This document shows, piece after piece, positions 24,996-34,055 of a stretch of DNA of 64,000 nt. Location of the stretch: the NCBI GenBank assembly GCA_963786105.1, contig CAWAXX010000016.1, positions 1 through 64,000 of the forward strand. Reading direction: 5' to 3'. A program made the translations under genes and the position numbers. Numbering within the stretch: the first letter of the stretch is position 1; each line of letters starts with the position of its first letter. Below the pieces are notes generated by a model. It saw only the letters and a list, made by a program, of their open reading frames with translations. It was not told the DNA's origin and made no database searches. This stretch comes from Vulcanimicrobiota bacterium. Lineage in GTDB: Bacteria; Vulcanimicrobiota; Vulcanimicrobiia; Vulcanimicrobiales; Vulcanimicrobiaceae.

Positions 24996-25741
24996 CGCGC
25001 GGCGTTCGCAATCAGTAAAGCGAAGCCGGCGGGGTCGAGCGATGCGCCGCCGACCAAACCGCCGTTGACGTTCGGCTTGGCCATGTACGCCGCGACGTTC
25101 TCAGACTTCATGCTGCCGCCGTACAGGATCGGCGTCGCGTCGAGGCCCTCGAGGCTTCCACGGATACTCGCCATCACGCGATCGGCTTCGTCGGGATCGC
25201 AGTTTCGCCCGGTTCCGATCGCCCAGATCGGCTCGTATGCGATGGCCACCCGCGCGAGTTCGGCGGCGGGAACGCCGCGAAAGGCGGCCCGCGTTTGCGC
25301 CACGACCCGATCGTCGATTTGTCCGGCCGATCGCTCGTCGCCGGTTTCGCCGACCGCAACAATCGGCGTCAAGCCTTGCGCTAGCGCGGTCAGTACCTTC
25401 AAGTTGACGGTGCGATCCGTTTCGTCGCAGTACGCGCGACGTTCGGAATGTCCCAGAATGACGTGCGTTACGCCAAACTCGAGCAGCATCGGCGCGCTCA
25501 CTTCGCCGGTAAACGGCCCTTCGAGTTCCCAATGCATGGTTTGCGCTCCCAAACGAACCCGGGTACCGGCGGCGCGTTGAGAAGCCGCAACCAGCGCGGT
25601 GAACGGCGGCGCTACGACGACGTCGATTTCCGGCGGCAACGAGAGCGCGAGCGGCAAGAACGCGTCGAAGTACGCAGCGGTTTCGGCGCCGGTCTTATGC
25701 ATCTTCCAGTTGCCGGCGACGATCGAGCGGATCACGCGCAC
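24992..25741 (-). CDS. tpiA: Triosephosphate isomerase
   Basis: AGNWKM, GHSERR, AYEPIWAIGTG, LYGGS, LVGGASL. Confidence 0.97.
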   Translation of the reverse strand: MRVIRSIVAGNWKMHKTGAETAAYFDAFLPLALSLPPEIDVVVAPPFTALVAASQRAAGTRVRLGAQTMHWELEGPFTGEVSAPMLLEFGVTHVILGHSERRAYCDETDRTVNLKVLTALAQGLTPIVAVGETGDERSAGQIDDRVVAQTRAAFRGVPAAELARVAIAYEPIWAIGTGRNCDPDEADRVMASIRGSLEGLDATPILYGGSMKSENVAAYMAKPNVNGGLVGGASLDPAGFALLIANAAR

Positions 25742-25750
25742 GGCTCGAAT

Positions 25751-26929
25751 CTACCGCTCAAGTGCGGCAACGCCCGGCAAGGTCGTTCCTTCGAGAAATT
25801 CCAGCGTCGCGCCGCCGCCGGTCGAAACGTGGGTCATCGCTCCGGCGAATCCGAGCATATGGGCGGCGGCGGCCGCGTCGCCGCCGCCGACGACGCTGAT
25901 CGCGCCGCGTGCGGTGGCCGCTGCGATCGCGTCGCCCACGGCTTGCGTGCCATGACGGTAGGCGGGTTTTTCGTAGACGCCCATCGGTCCGTTGAACACG
26001 ATGGTTTTCGCTTGTTCGATGGCGCCGGCGTAGGCTTGCGCCGTCGCCTGACCGATATCGAGAATCATGTCGTGGCCGACGTCGCCGATGTCGACGAGGC
26101 GCGAATCGGGCGCATCGAAAGCCGATGCCACGACCGCATCGCTGGGAAGAAGGACGTCGACTTTGCATTGCTTGGCATTGTCCAGAACGTATCGAGCCGG
26201 TTCGAGGTCGTCGTCGCGCAACGACGTTCCGACGTTTATTCCGATCGCCGCTAGGAACGTATTGGCCATGCCGCCGCCGATGCAAAAAGCGTCGACGTGC
26301 TCCATGAGATGGTTGAAGACGCCGATTTTGTCTTTGATCTTCGCCCCACCGATTGCGCAGACGAACGGCTTAACGGGATTCTCCGTTAGCCGCGAGAGCG
26401 CGACAAGTTCGGCCTGCATCAGGAATCCCGCAGCGCTCGGCAACAGATGGGCGACGCCCTCGGTCGAGGCGTGCGCGCGATGGGCCGTTCCGAACGCATC
26501 GTTGACGTAGATATCTCCGAGCTCGGCCAGCCGGCGTGCGAACGCCGGATCGTTGCGCTCTTCCTCCGGATGAAAGCGAACGTTTTCCAGCAAGACGACG
26601 TCGCCGTCTTTGAGTTTAGCGACCGCATCTCGGGCGACTTCGCCCACGCAGTCCTCGGCGAAAGCGACCGGCGTTCCGAGACGAACGGACAAGGCCGCGG
26701 CTAGCGGCCGGAGCGACAACGCGGGTTCGAATTTGCCGGCGGGGCGGCCCAAATGCGACATGACGACCGTGCGCGCTCCACGTTCGCGCAACCATTTCAG
26801 CGTCGGGACGGCCGCATCCACGCGCGTATAATCGGCGATGGCCGTCCCATCCATCGGCACGTTGAGATCCTCTCGAACCAGGACGCGCTTCGAGCGCACG
26901 TCGAGGTCGTCGATGGAGCGAACGTTCAC
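25751..26929 (-). CDS. pgk: Phosphoglycerate kinase
   Basis: REDLNVP, SHLGRP, LLENVRF, NDAFGTAHRAHAS, GGAKIKDK, STGGGATLEFLEG. Confidence 0.97.
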   Translation of the reverse strand: MNVRSIDDLDVRSKRVLVREDLNVPMDGTAIADYTRVDAAVPTLKWLRERGARTVVMSHLGRPAGKFEPALSLRPLAAALSVRLGTPVAFAEDCVGEVARDAVAKLKDGDVVLLENVRFHPEEERNDPAFARRLAELGDIYVNDAFGTAHRAHASTEGVAHLLPSAAGFLMQAELVALSRLTENPVKPFVCAIGGAKIKDKIGVFNHLMEHVDAFCIGGGMANTFLAAIGINVGTSLRDDDLEPARYVLDNAKQCKVDVLLPSDAVVASAFDAPDSRLVDIGDVGHDMILDIGQATAQAYAGAIEQAKTIVFNGPMGVYEKPAYRHGTQAVGDAIAAATARGAISVVGGGDAAAAAHMLGFAGAMTHVSTGGGATLEFLEGTTLPGVAALER

Positions 26930-26938
26930 GGGGGAGGG

Positions 26939-27967
26939 CTAAGGCCTCGAACTCGAAGCCGCGGCTGGAAGCTTCTCCAAAACCATGGCGGTCAAATCCG
27001 CGAGCCGGCACGAATAGCCCCACTCGTTGTCGTACCAGGCGCCGATCTGCACCAAATCGCCGTTGGCGTTGCTCAGCTTTGCGTCGATAATCGAGCTATT
27101 CGGGTTTCTCTTGAAATCGCTCGATACTAACTCTTCTTCAGTATACGCAACGTACTTTGAGAGCTCGCCTTCCGCGGCGGCGCGCAGGATGGCGTTGAGT
27201 TCGTCACGGGTGGTTGGTTTTTTGGTTTGGACCACGAGGTAGATCATCGAAACCGTCGGCGTCGGTACGCGCAGGGAAAATCCGTCGAAGGTTCCCTCGA
27301 CCTCCGGAATCGTCAGATACAGCGCCTTGGCCGCGCCGGTGGAGGTCGGAATGATGTTGGTGGCCGCGTTGCGCGCGCGGCGCAAATCTTTGTGCGGCGC
27401 GTCCAAGATGTTTTGGTCGTTCGTGTAGGAGTGGATGGTCGTCATAAAACCCTTGACCCAGCCGAGGTGGTCGACGATCGGCTTTACGGCGGTAGCCAAA
27501 CAGTTCGTCGTACACGAGGCATTGGAAATAATGTTGTGCGCGGCCGGGTCGTACGATGCGTCGTTGACGCCCAAAACGATCGTGATGTCTTCGCCCTTTG
27601 CCGGCGCGGAGATCAGAACTTTCTTGGCTCCCCCGCCGTCGATGTGCGCCCGCGCTTTCGCGGCATCGGTGAACAATCCGGTCGACTCGATCACGACGTC
27701 GACTCCCAGATCTTTCCACGGCAGCTTGCCCGGGTCGCGTTCGGCCATGACCCGGATGCGCCGGTTGTCGACGAGCAACGTATCGCCACTTGCCGAAACG
27801 TTACCGTCGTAGGTCCCGTAGTTGCTGTCGTACTTGAAAAGATGCGCGCACTCGGCCGCGCTGGTCAGATCGTTGATAGCGGCGATCTGGATCTGCGGAT
27901 GGCGTTCCATCAGAGCCTTGGTAAAATTTCTTCCGATGCGGCCGAAGCCGTTGATCCCGATACGCAT
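26939..27967 (-). CDS. gap: Glyceraldehyde-3-phosphate dehydrogenase (type I)
   Basis: INGFGRIGR, SNASCTTNCL, IIPTSTGAAKA, WYDNEWGYS. Confidence 0.98.
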   Translation of the reverse strand: MRIGINGFGRIGRNFTKALMERHPQIQIAAINDLTSAAECAHLFKYDSNYGTYDGNVSASGDTLLVDNRRIRVMAERDPGKLPWKDLGVDVVIESTGLFTDAAKARAHIDGGGAKKVLISAPAKGEDITIVLGVNDASYDPAAHNIISNASCTTNCLATAVKPIVDHLGWVKGFMTTIHSYTNDQNILDAPHKDLRRARNAATNIIPTSTGAAKALYLTIPEVEGTFDGFSLRVPTPTVSMIYLVVQTKKPTTRDELNAILRAAAEGELSKYVAYTEEELVSSDFKRNPNSSIIDAKLSNANGDLVQIGAWYDNEWGYSCRLADLTAMVLEKLPAAASSSRP

Positions 27968-28003
27968 GCAATACTCCGCGTTAGAAACGAGCAGGCTTCC
28001 GTT

Positions 28004-28879
28004 CTACCGGACGTGCTTGGCTTGCCCCTGCCCGCGGCGGACCTGATCGGCAAGGCGAGCCAGCGCTCCAAGACGGCTACTCACGGTAGGTTTGGCAATC
28101 TGCGGGTTGCAGCGCCGCCCCAACTCCGTAAGAGATTCGTCGGGATGCGCGAGGCGCAATTCCGCGATTTCGCGGAGAGGGGGTGAAAGCTGCGGTAAGC
28201 CGTAGGCGTTCTCAAGGTATTCGATGACGCGTCGCTGTGCCGCCGCGGCCACCGCGGTACGCTCGAGATTGGCGGCTTCGGTGTTGACGAGGCGGTGAAT
28301 GCGATTCTTCGTTTCGCGCAACGCCCTCACGTCTTCCAGCCGGAGGACGGCAGCGAACGCACCGATCAGCGTGAGTAACTCGACGATCGCGTCGAAGTCC
28401 TTGTAGTAGACGACGATGCGGCCTTTGCGCTGCGTCTGCTTCGGCGGGACGCCGGCGCTGCGCAGCGTCCACTCCAACCGCGTTGCAAGCGCGCGATCGG
28501 CCGGCACGAATTCGAGATGATAGCCGCGAGCTCCGGCCGCCAGCGACCCACACGCCAAGAACGCGGCGCGAATCTCCATCAGCCGATCGCAGCGGTGTGC
28601 CGGTTTTCCGGGACGAACGCGCAGTCGTTCCGGAACGGCGATCGCGAACGTTTGCAGGCGTTGGAGCCGCGTCGCCCCGCGCGTCTCGATCGGATGCGCT
28701 TTCCGATCGTCGACGAGGAGCGACCAAAAAAGCCGTGCGACGGCGTTTCGGTGCGTAACGAACTCACGGTTTTCGATCCCGGTGCCGTAGAGTACCAAAC
28801 CGGACAACAGCGCTTCCCGGCAATGGTTGCGTTCGGGCAGATCTCGCGCAAGCGCATCTTTGGTATCGGCCGAGGTCAT
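28004..28879 (-). CDS. whiA: DNA-binding protein WhiA
   Basis: AFLACGSL...YHLEF, RLVNTEAANL, LRLAHPDESLTELG; sits upstream of gap. Confidence 0.9.
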   Translation of the reverse strand: MTSADTKDALARDLPERNHCREALLSGLVLYGTGIENREFVTHRNAVARLFWSLLVDDRKAHPIETRGATRLQRLQTFAIAVPERLRVRPGKPAHRCDRLMEIRAAFLACGSLAAGARGYHLEFVPADRALATRLEWTLRSAGVPPKQTQRKGRIVVYYKDFDAIVELLTLIGAFAAVLRLEDVRALRETKNRIHRLVNTEAANLERTAVAAAAQRRVIEYLENAYGLPQLSPPLREIAELRLAHPDESLTELGRRCNPQIAKPTVSSRLGALARLADQVRRGQGQAKHVR

Positions 28880-29151
28880 ATCCAGTCCGCCGGCTCGTCC
28901 TTGCGCGTCGACAGGATCTCGTACAAGTCGCCGGGCTTTACGCGAGGCGTGACGCGCAAGGGCACCTCGCGCACGGCGACCGTCACGAATCGCGTCGCAT
29001 AGTGAATCTCGAGGACGTCACCCGGTTTCACCTGATATCCCGGCTTGAGCGCCTTCCCGTCCTTGGTAATGCGCCCGTGTTCGGTCGCCTCGTGCGCCTC
29101 GCTTCGCCTCTTGGAGAGGCGAGAAATTTTCAAAAAGCGATCCAAACGCAC
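28876..29151 (-). CDS. S4-domain RNA-binding protein (YabO/RqcP/Hsp15-like)
   Basis: MRLDRFLKISRLSKRRSEAHEA...KPGYQVKPGDVLEI; 91 aa, GTG start. Confidence 0.85.
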   Translation of the reverse strand: MRLDRFLKISRLSKRRSEAHEATEHGRITKDGKALKPGYQVKPGDVLEIHYATRFVTVAVREVPLRVTPRVKPGDLYEILSTRKDEPADWI

Positions 29152-29226
29152 CCCACCTGCTTCGGCGCTCCGCTCGGGGTCCTTCGCCGGGTTGTCTCGC
29201 GAAGGCGCTCCGAGTCCGTGAAACTG

Positions 29227-29255
29227 TTGACAGATAGCGATATATCGGATAGTAT
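29227..29255 (+). promoter_or_regulatory. Sigma70 promoter of padR with palindromic operator
   Basis: TTGACA (29227-32), 17 bp, TAGTAT (29250-55). Perfect palindrome CGATATATCG (29238-47) in the spacer. ATG 7 nt after the -10. Confidence 0.8.
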
Positions 29256-29262
29256 CTCGACT

Positions 29263-29775
29263 ATGCATACAGGGTTTTGGCACGGGCCTGGATGGGGTGA
29301 GGCGTTCGGAGGCCGGCGGCACCGCCACGCGCGGCGATTCAAGCGCGGAATTCTCAAGTTCGTTTTGCTCAAGCTCGTAGCGGAACAGTCGCGCCACGGG
29401 TATGACCTGATTCGGGAGTTTCGGCGAAAGGGTTGGGCCGGTGGGGCGGGGTCGATTTATCCGCTGCTGGCGGCTCTTGAAGAAGAGGGTCTCATCGTCG
29501 GTCGCGACGAGGGCGAGCGGCGCACGTACGGCGTGACCGACAAGGGGCGCCAGCATTTAAGCGAACACACCAACTTCGGAGCCTTCTTCGAAGATGGCGG
29601 CGACGACGAAAGCGCGCCTGAGGACGCGAACGTCCCGTTGCGCGACGCTGCCGGCAGGTTGATGCAGGCGTTGGCGCAACTGGGAGCCAGTTCGAAGCCA
29701 GAGACCATCGCGCGAGTGCGCGATCTGCTCGACCAAACCCGAAGAGAGATTTACACGCTGCTCGCACAGGAGTAA
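29263..29775 (+). CDS. PadR-family transcriptional regulator
   Basis: RGILKFVLLKLVAEQSRHGYDLI, GSIYPLLAALEEEGLI, RRTYGVTDKG; C-terminal LDQTRREIYTLLA. Confidence 0.9.
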   Translation: MHTGFWHGPGWGEAFGGRRHRHARRFKRGILKFVLLKLVAEQSRHGYDLIREFRRKGWAGGAGSIYPLLAALEEEGLIVGRDEGERRTYGVTDKGRQHLSEHTNFGAFFEDGGDDESAPEDANVPLRDAAGRLMQALAQLGASSKPETIARVRDLLDQTRREIYTLLAQE

Positions 29776-29778
29776 TCG

Positions 29779-31170
29779 ATGGCGCAGGCGTCGGCCGGTC
29801 GGCGTCCAGGGGTTAACGTTTTCGACGAGAGCCGCCCAATGTGGCGGCTCCTGCTCGTCTTTCTCGTGCCGCTCATTCTGAGCAACGTTCTGCAATCGGC
29901 ATCGCAGACGATGGCGAGCATTTGGATCGGCCGCTTGATTTCGACGCAGGCGCTCGGTGCGGTATCGGCGGTTTTCCCCATCATCTTTTTATTGTTCTCG
30001 TTCGTCTTCGGCGTATCGAGCGGCAGCAGCGTTTTGATCGGCCAGGCCTTCGGCGCGCGCGACTATCACAAAGTGAAAAAGATCGCGGGGACGGTACTCG
30101 GCGCCGCGCTCTACCTCGGAATCATCGTCGCGGTTCTCGGATCGCTAGGATCGCCGTTCATTCTCTCGTGGCTGGCGACGCCGCCGGATATCATTGGCCA
30201 GGCGGACGCCTACGCCAAGGTCCTCTTTCTCACGATGCCGGTGTTCTTCGTCTACTTTGTCTATGCGACGATCCTGCGCGGTACCGGCGACTCGACCACG
30301 CCGTTTTACGCCCTCATCGTGTCGGCGGTGCTGGCGATCGTCATCACGCCGTTCTTCATCGTCGGATGGTTCGGGTTGCCCAAGCTCGGCGTCGTCAGCG
30401 CGGCGGTCGCCGGGGTCATCGCCAACGCCTCCGCACTCGGCTGGCTGCTCGTTTACTTGGCCAGGCGCGACCATCCGCTGAAATTCGATCGCGAAACCTT
30501 AAGCGACATGCAGCTCGACTGGAAGATCATCGGGGCGGTCCTCCGTATCGGCTTGCCTACCGGTTTGCAAGTGATGATGGTTTCGCTGGCCGAGATCGCG
30601 GTGATCTCCTTCGTCAACCGGTTCGGATCGAGCGCGACCGCCGCGTACGGTGCGGTGAACCAAGTCGTGAGCTACGTGCAGTTTCCCGCGATCTCGATCG
30701 GTATCGCGGCCTCGATCTTCGGCGCGCAGTGCATCGGCGCACGGCGGGAAGACAAACTCGGCAGCGTCATTCGCTCGGCGGTTGGACTGAACTACATCGT
30801 GGGCGCGGCGATCATCGGCCTGTGCTATATCTTCGCGTGGAGCATCTTGGGGTGGTTCATCACCGACACGCCCACGCTCGATATCGCTCACCGGCTGCTG
30901 ATGATCACGCTGTGGAGTTACGCGGTCTTCGGCAACTCGGCGGTATTGAGCGGCGTCATGCGCGGCAGCGGCACGGTGTTGTGGCCGACCGCCATCGGCA
31001 TTTTCTCGATTTGGGGCGTCGAAGTTCCAGCGGCTTATCTGCTCATGCATCGCTTCGGCTTGGACGGCGTATGGATGGGCTACCCGATCGCGTTCTGCAG
31101 CGGTCTTATCTTACAGTTCTGCTACTACGAGTTCGTGTGGAAGCGCAAAACCCACGAACGTCTCGTGTAA
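29779..31170 (+). CDS. MATE-family efflux transporter
   Basis: About 12 TM. PLILSNVLQ, IGQAFGA, LRGTGDSTTPF, LRIGLPTG, AQCIGA, GLDGVWMG. Confidence 0.92.
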   Translation: MAQASAGRRPGVNVFDESRPMWRLLLVFLVPLILSNVLQSASQTMASIWIGRLISTQALGAVSAVFPIIFLLFSFVFGVSSGSSVLIGQAFGARDYHKVKKIAGTVLGAALYLGIIVAVLGSLGSPFILSWLATPPDIIGQADAYAKVLFLTMPVFFVYFVYATILRGTGDSTTPFYALIVSAVLAIVITPFFIVGWFGLPKLGVVSAAVAGVIANASALGWLLVYLARRDHPLKFDRETLSDMQLDWKIIGAVLRIGLPTGLQVMMVSLAEIAVISFVNRFGSSATAAYGAVNQVVSYVQFPAISIGIAASIFGAQCIGARREDKLGSVIRSAVGLNYIVGAAIIGLCYIFAWSILGWFITDTPTLDIAHRLLMITLWSYAVFGNSAVLSGVMRGSGTVLWPTAIGIFSIWGVEVPAAYLLMHRFGLDGVWMGYPIAFCSGLILQFCYYEFVWKRKTHERLV

Positions 31171-31259
31171 GTATTGAGAAAGCGGTCTGCCGGCGCGACC
31201 GGATGCCGTCTTCGGGACGCTCGGGGGCAGCGGAGATCGCAAGCATGATCCTGCGGGCA

Positions 31260-31330
31260 GTCCTTCGACTACGCGCCTGCGGCGCTCCGCTCAGGATGAC
31301 GCACAGTAGCGGCGCTCCGCTCAGGATGAC
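31260..31330 (-). repeat. REP-like repeat (one full and one partial copy)
   Basis: GTCCTTCGACTACGCGCCTGCGGCGCTCCGCTCAGGATGAC followed by GCGGCGCTCCGCTCAGGATGAC. Same family as 63626-63798. Confidence 0.8.
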
Positions 31331-31734
31331 TCGCGGCGTTTCTTGGCTTTGGGTGTGACGCACGTGCCGCTTGCGCGGCAGACGATCACCGGCGGTTCGA
31401 GCACGTCGGCGGCGCTGTCGGTTTCGTCGGGGCGCGCCGCGATGACCTTGCGTGCTTCGAACTCCATCCGGCGCGACGTGTTGCCGACCTTCACGATGCG
31501 CCCAACCGCCTCGACGTAGTCGCCGGCGTAGACCGGTGCGAGGAACTCGACCGCGTCGTAGGCGACGAAGAGACCTTCGTCCCCGTCCATCCTAATCAGC
31601 AGCTCGGTCGCGACGTCGCCGAAGAGCGCGAGCATTCGCGCACCGTCGACCAAATTGCCGCCGTAATGCGCGTCGTGCGCGCTCATGCGCAGCCTGATGA
31701 GGGCTACGCTGCCTGCGTTTTCGCCAGTTGCCAC
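31321..31734 (-). CDS. kal: 3-aminobutyryl-CoA ammonia-lyase (hotdog fold)
   Basis: [61 protein letters not shown]...[16 protein letters not shown] is the conserved Kal sequence as I recall it. Confidence 0.8.
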   Translation of the reverse strand: MATGENAGSVALIRLRMSAHDAHYGGNLVDGARMLALFGDVATELLIRMDGDEGLFVAYDAVEFLAPVYAGDYVEAVGRIVKVGNTSRRMEFEARKVIAARPDETDSAADVLEPPVIVCRASGTCVTPKAKKRRESS

Positions 31735-32897
31735 AATTCCTCGAGTTCGTCGAGCGATAGATCGGAGATGGTCTTTCCGCCGGCGGCGGCGCGTTCTTCC
31801 ATAAAGCTGAACCGCTTGTAGAATTTCTCGTTGGCTTGGCGCATCGCCGTTTCCGCATCCACGCCGAGGGCGCGCGAGAGATTCACCAGCGTGAAGAACA
31901 CGTCACCGAGCTCTTCGCGCACGTGCGGATCGTCCTGTTTGTTGCGCCGCGCGTCGGCGAGTTCGCGCAGCTCCTCGGTCAGCTTGTCGAGCACGCCGCC
32001 GACGTCGACCCAGTCGAAGCCGACCCGCGAGGCTTTTTCTTGCATCCGCTGGCCGCGCTGCAGCGCTCCGAGATGTTTGGGTATACCTTCGAGCCTGCTC
32101 TTACGACTGCGGCCGGTTTTTTCGAGCGCCTTGAGCTTCTCCCAGTTGCGCCACTGAGCGTCGACGTCCTCGATGACGGCGTCGCCGAAGACGTGCGGAT
32201 GGCGCCGAACCATCTTGTTCGACAGCGCGTTCACGACGTCGGCGATGCTGAACTTTCCCGTTTCGGTCGCCACTTGCGAATGAAAGACGATCTGCAGTAA
32301 CAAGTCGCCGAGTTCTTCGCAGAGCGCGTCCAAGTCGTCGTTTTCGATGGCTTCGACGACTTCGTACGTTTCTTCGATCAGATAGGGCACGAGCGTGCGG
32401 TGAGTCTGTTCGCGGTCCCAGGGGCAGCCCATTCGCAGGCGCGCCATGATTTCGACCAAGTCGTCCCACGAGTGCAGCGACGACTGCGGCGGGAGCGGAA
32501 CCAGCGGCAGCGCGATCGAGGCAGATAGCGTCGAGCGCGGCACGCCGGGAACGATCTCCGCGGCGATGCCCGCGCGCTCGAGCAACCGTAGCAACTGTGG
32601 CAAGCCGGCGAAGTCGGAAAGCGGATTCCCGAGCACGCCCAGTCCCAAGTCCGCGGACGCGCTCGTTTGGAGACGGTCGACGAAGCGTTCGATTTCGTCG
32701 CTGCCCCCGCGTACGAAAAGCGCGGGATCGTCCACCAGTTCGCGCACGATCTCGACGCCGTTGCGGTGCAAATAGCCGGTCAGATCCGGTGGAGCCAACA
32801 ACGTCACCGCACGCCCGATCGTGCGCAACGCGTCGAGGCTTCCGATGGTGAGTAAGCTTGGGTCGCCGGGGCCGAGCCCGGCTATGCGAACGAGCAC
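31704..32897 (-). CDS. mazG: MazG nucleoside-triphosphate pyrophosphohydrolase (YabN-type, with N-terminal methylase-like domain)
   Basis: N-terminal [65 protein letters not shown]. Confidence 0.93.
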   Translation of the reverse strand: MLVRIAGLGPGDPSLLTIGSLDALRTIGRAVTLLAPPDLTGYLHRNGVEIVRELVDDPALFVRGGSDEIERFVDRLQTSASADLGLGVLGNPLSDFAGLPQLLRLLERAGIAAEIVPGVPRSTLSASIALPLVPLPPQSSLHSWDDLVEIMARLRMGCPWDREQTHRTLVPYLIEETYEVVEAIENDDLDALCEELGDLLLQIVFHSQVATETGKFSIADVVNALSNKMVRRHPHVFGDAVIEDVDAQWRNWEKLKALEKTGRSRKSRLEGIPKHLGALQRGQRMQEKASRVGFDWVDVGGVLDKLTEELRELADARRNKQDDPHVREELGDVFFTLVNLSRALGVDAETAMRQANEKFYKRFSFMEERAAAGGKTISDLSLDELEELWQLAKTQAA

Positions 32898-32922
32898 GCT
32901 GCGCGATTTCGTGATCTCATGG

Positions 32923-32954
32923 AAAAAGGCCCCGGCACAAACGGCCGGGGCCTT
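32923..32954 (-). terminator. Rho-independent terminator of prsA
   Basis: Minus strand AAGGCCCCGGC-cgtttgt-GCCGGGGCCTT-TTT, 26 nt after the prsA stop. Confidence 0.8.
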
Positions 32955-32979
32955 CGGGAACCTCGAGAGGCGTCGATCG

Positions 32980-33921
32980 TTATGGCGTCGGTGCCGTCGA
33001 CGGCGCGGGGGCCGGCGCACCGGCGCTTGGCGGCGGTGACGGGAAGAGATCGGAGAAGCGCGGATCGAGCACCTCGATCTTTGCCGACTGCTGCAGGCCC
33101 TGAAGGAACGGCTGAATCAGCGGCGCTTCCTGTTGCTGCCGAAGCATTTCGGTGATGCGAGGCGTCGAATTTGCCAACGTCGCCTTTACGCCGGGCTGGA
33201 CGGCTTCGACTTGGATGATGTGATAGCCGAACGGCGATTTTACCGGCGGGCTGGTGTCACCGGGCTTCATCGTGAACGCCGCTTTGTCGAACGCCGGCAC
33301 CATTTGCCCGCGGCGGAAGAAGCCGAGCTCGCCGCCTTTGTCTTTGCTTCCCGGATCGGTCGAATACTGTTTCGCAACGGCGTCGAACGGCTGCCCCGCC
33401 TTCAACGCGGCTTCGACCTTTTCGGCCGTCGGAAGATCCTTGACCAAGATATGGCGCGCTTTGATCTGCTCCGGTTTGTCGAAGGCTGCGTGATTCTTAT
33501 CGAAATACGCCTTTACTTGAGCCGGCGTAATGGTCACGCGCTTCTCCAACGCCTTGTCCAAGATGATCTGTTCGCGCAGAGCCTGCTTGACGTCGTCTTC
33601 GCTCAAACCGCGCGCCTTGAGCATCTCGTCCCACGATCCACTCGGGAAGTTGGCTTTGAGATCGTCCTCACGCTTGCCGATCTCGTCGTCGGTGACCGTG
33701 ATGTTGTTGTTTTTGGCGTACTGCATGATTAGCGCCTCTTGCACCAGTTGCTGCAAGGTGTTGCGCGCGCCGGGGCTCGCTTCGAGTTTGTCTTGGAACG
33801 AGGATTTGCTGATCGGCTCGCCATTCACCGTCGCGACCGCGCCGCCGCCCGAACACGCCGCCAGAGCGGCGCCGAGAAGAAGGGCAGGGAGACCCGCGAT
33901 GAGACGTTGGGCTTTCGACAT
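32980..33921 (-). CDS. prsA: PrsA-like lipoprotein peptidyl-prolyl isomerase (parvulin)
   Basis: Lipobox LAAC, VATVNG, ARHILV, YSTDPGSKDKGGELG, MVPAFDKAAF, SPFGYHII. Confidence 0.9.
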   Translation of the reverse strand: MSKAQRLIAGLPALLLGAALAACSGGGAVATVNGEPISKSSFQDKLEASPGARNTLQQLVQEALIMQYAKNNNITVTDDEIGKREDDLKANFPSGSWDEMLKARGLSEDDVKQALREQIILDKALEKRVTITPAQVKAYFDKNHAAFDKPEQIKARHILVKDLPTAEKVEAALKAGQPFDAVAKQYSTDPGSKDKGGELGFFRRGQMVPAFDKAAFTMKPGDTSPPVKSPFGYHIIQVEAVQPGVKATLANSTPRITEMLRQQQEAPLIQPFLQGLQQSAKIEVLDPRFSDLFPSPPPSAGAPAPAPSTAPTP

Positions 33922-34055
33922 GGTCGGCTCCACAGGAAAAAGGTCAGTGAGTAACAAGCGGGGCGTGGGCCCCGCATCCATCCCGCTGGTTCGGGGGGAG
34001 GCCCGGGGCTCCTTTTGGGTTCCTCTGGGGAAATTCCCAGGTCTCGCCGGCCGGT

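Noticed and set aside
23769..25580. Long antisense or alternate-frame ORFs (e.g. 23769-25580 +, 29841-31358 +, 50231-52036 -, 60283-61416 +)
   Set aside because: Shadow ORFs expected in high-GC DNA opposite well-supported genes; low-information R/A/G-rich translations.
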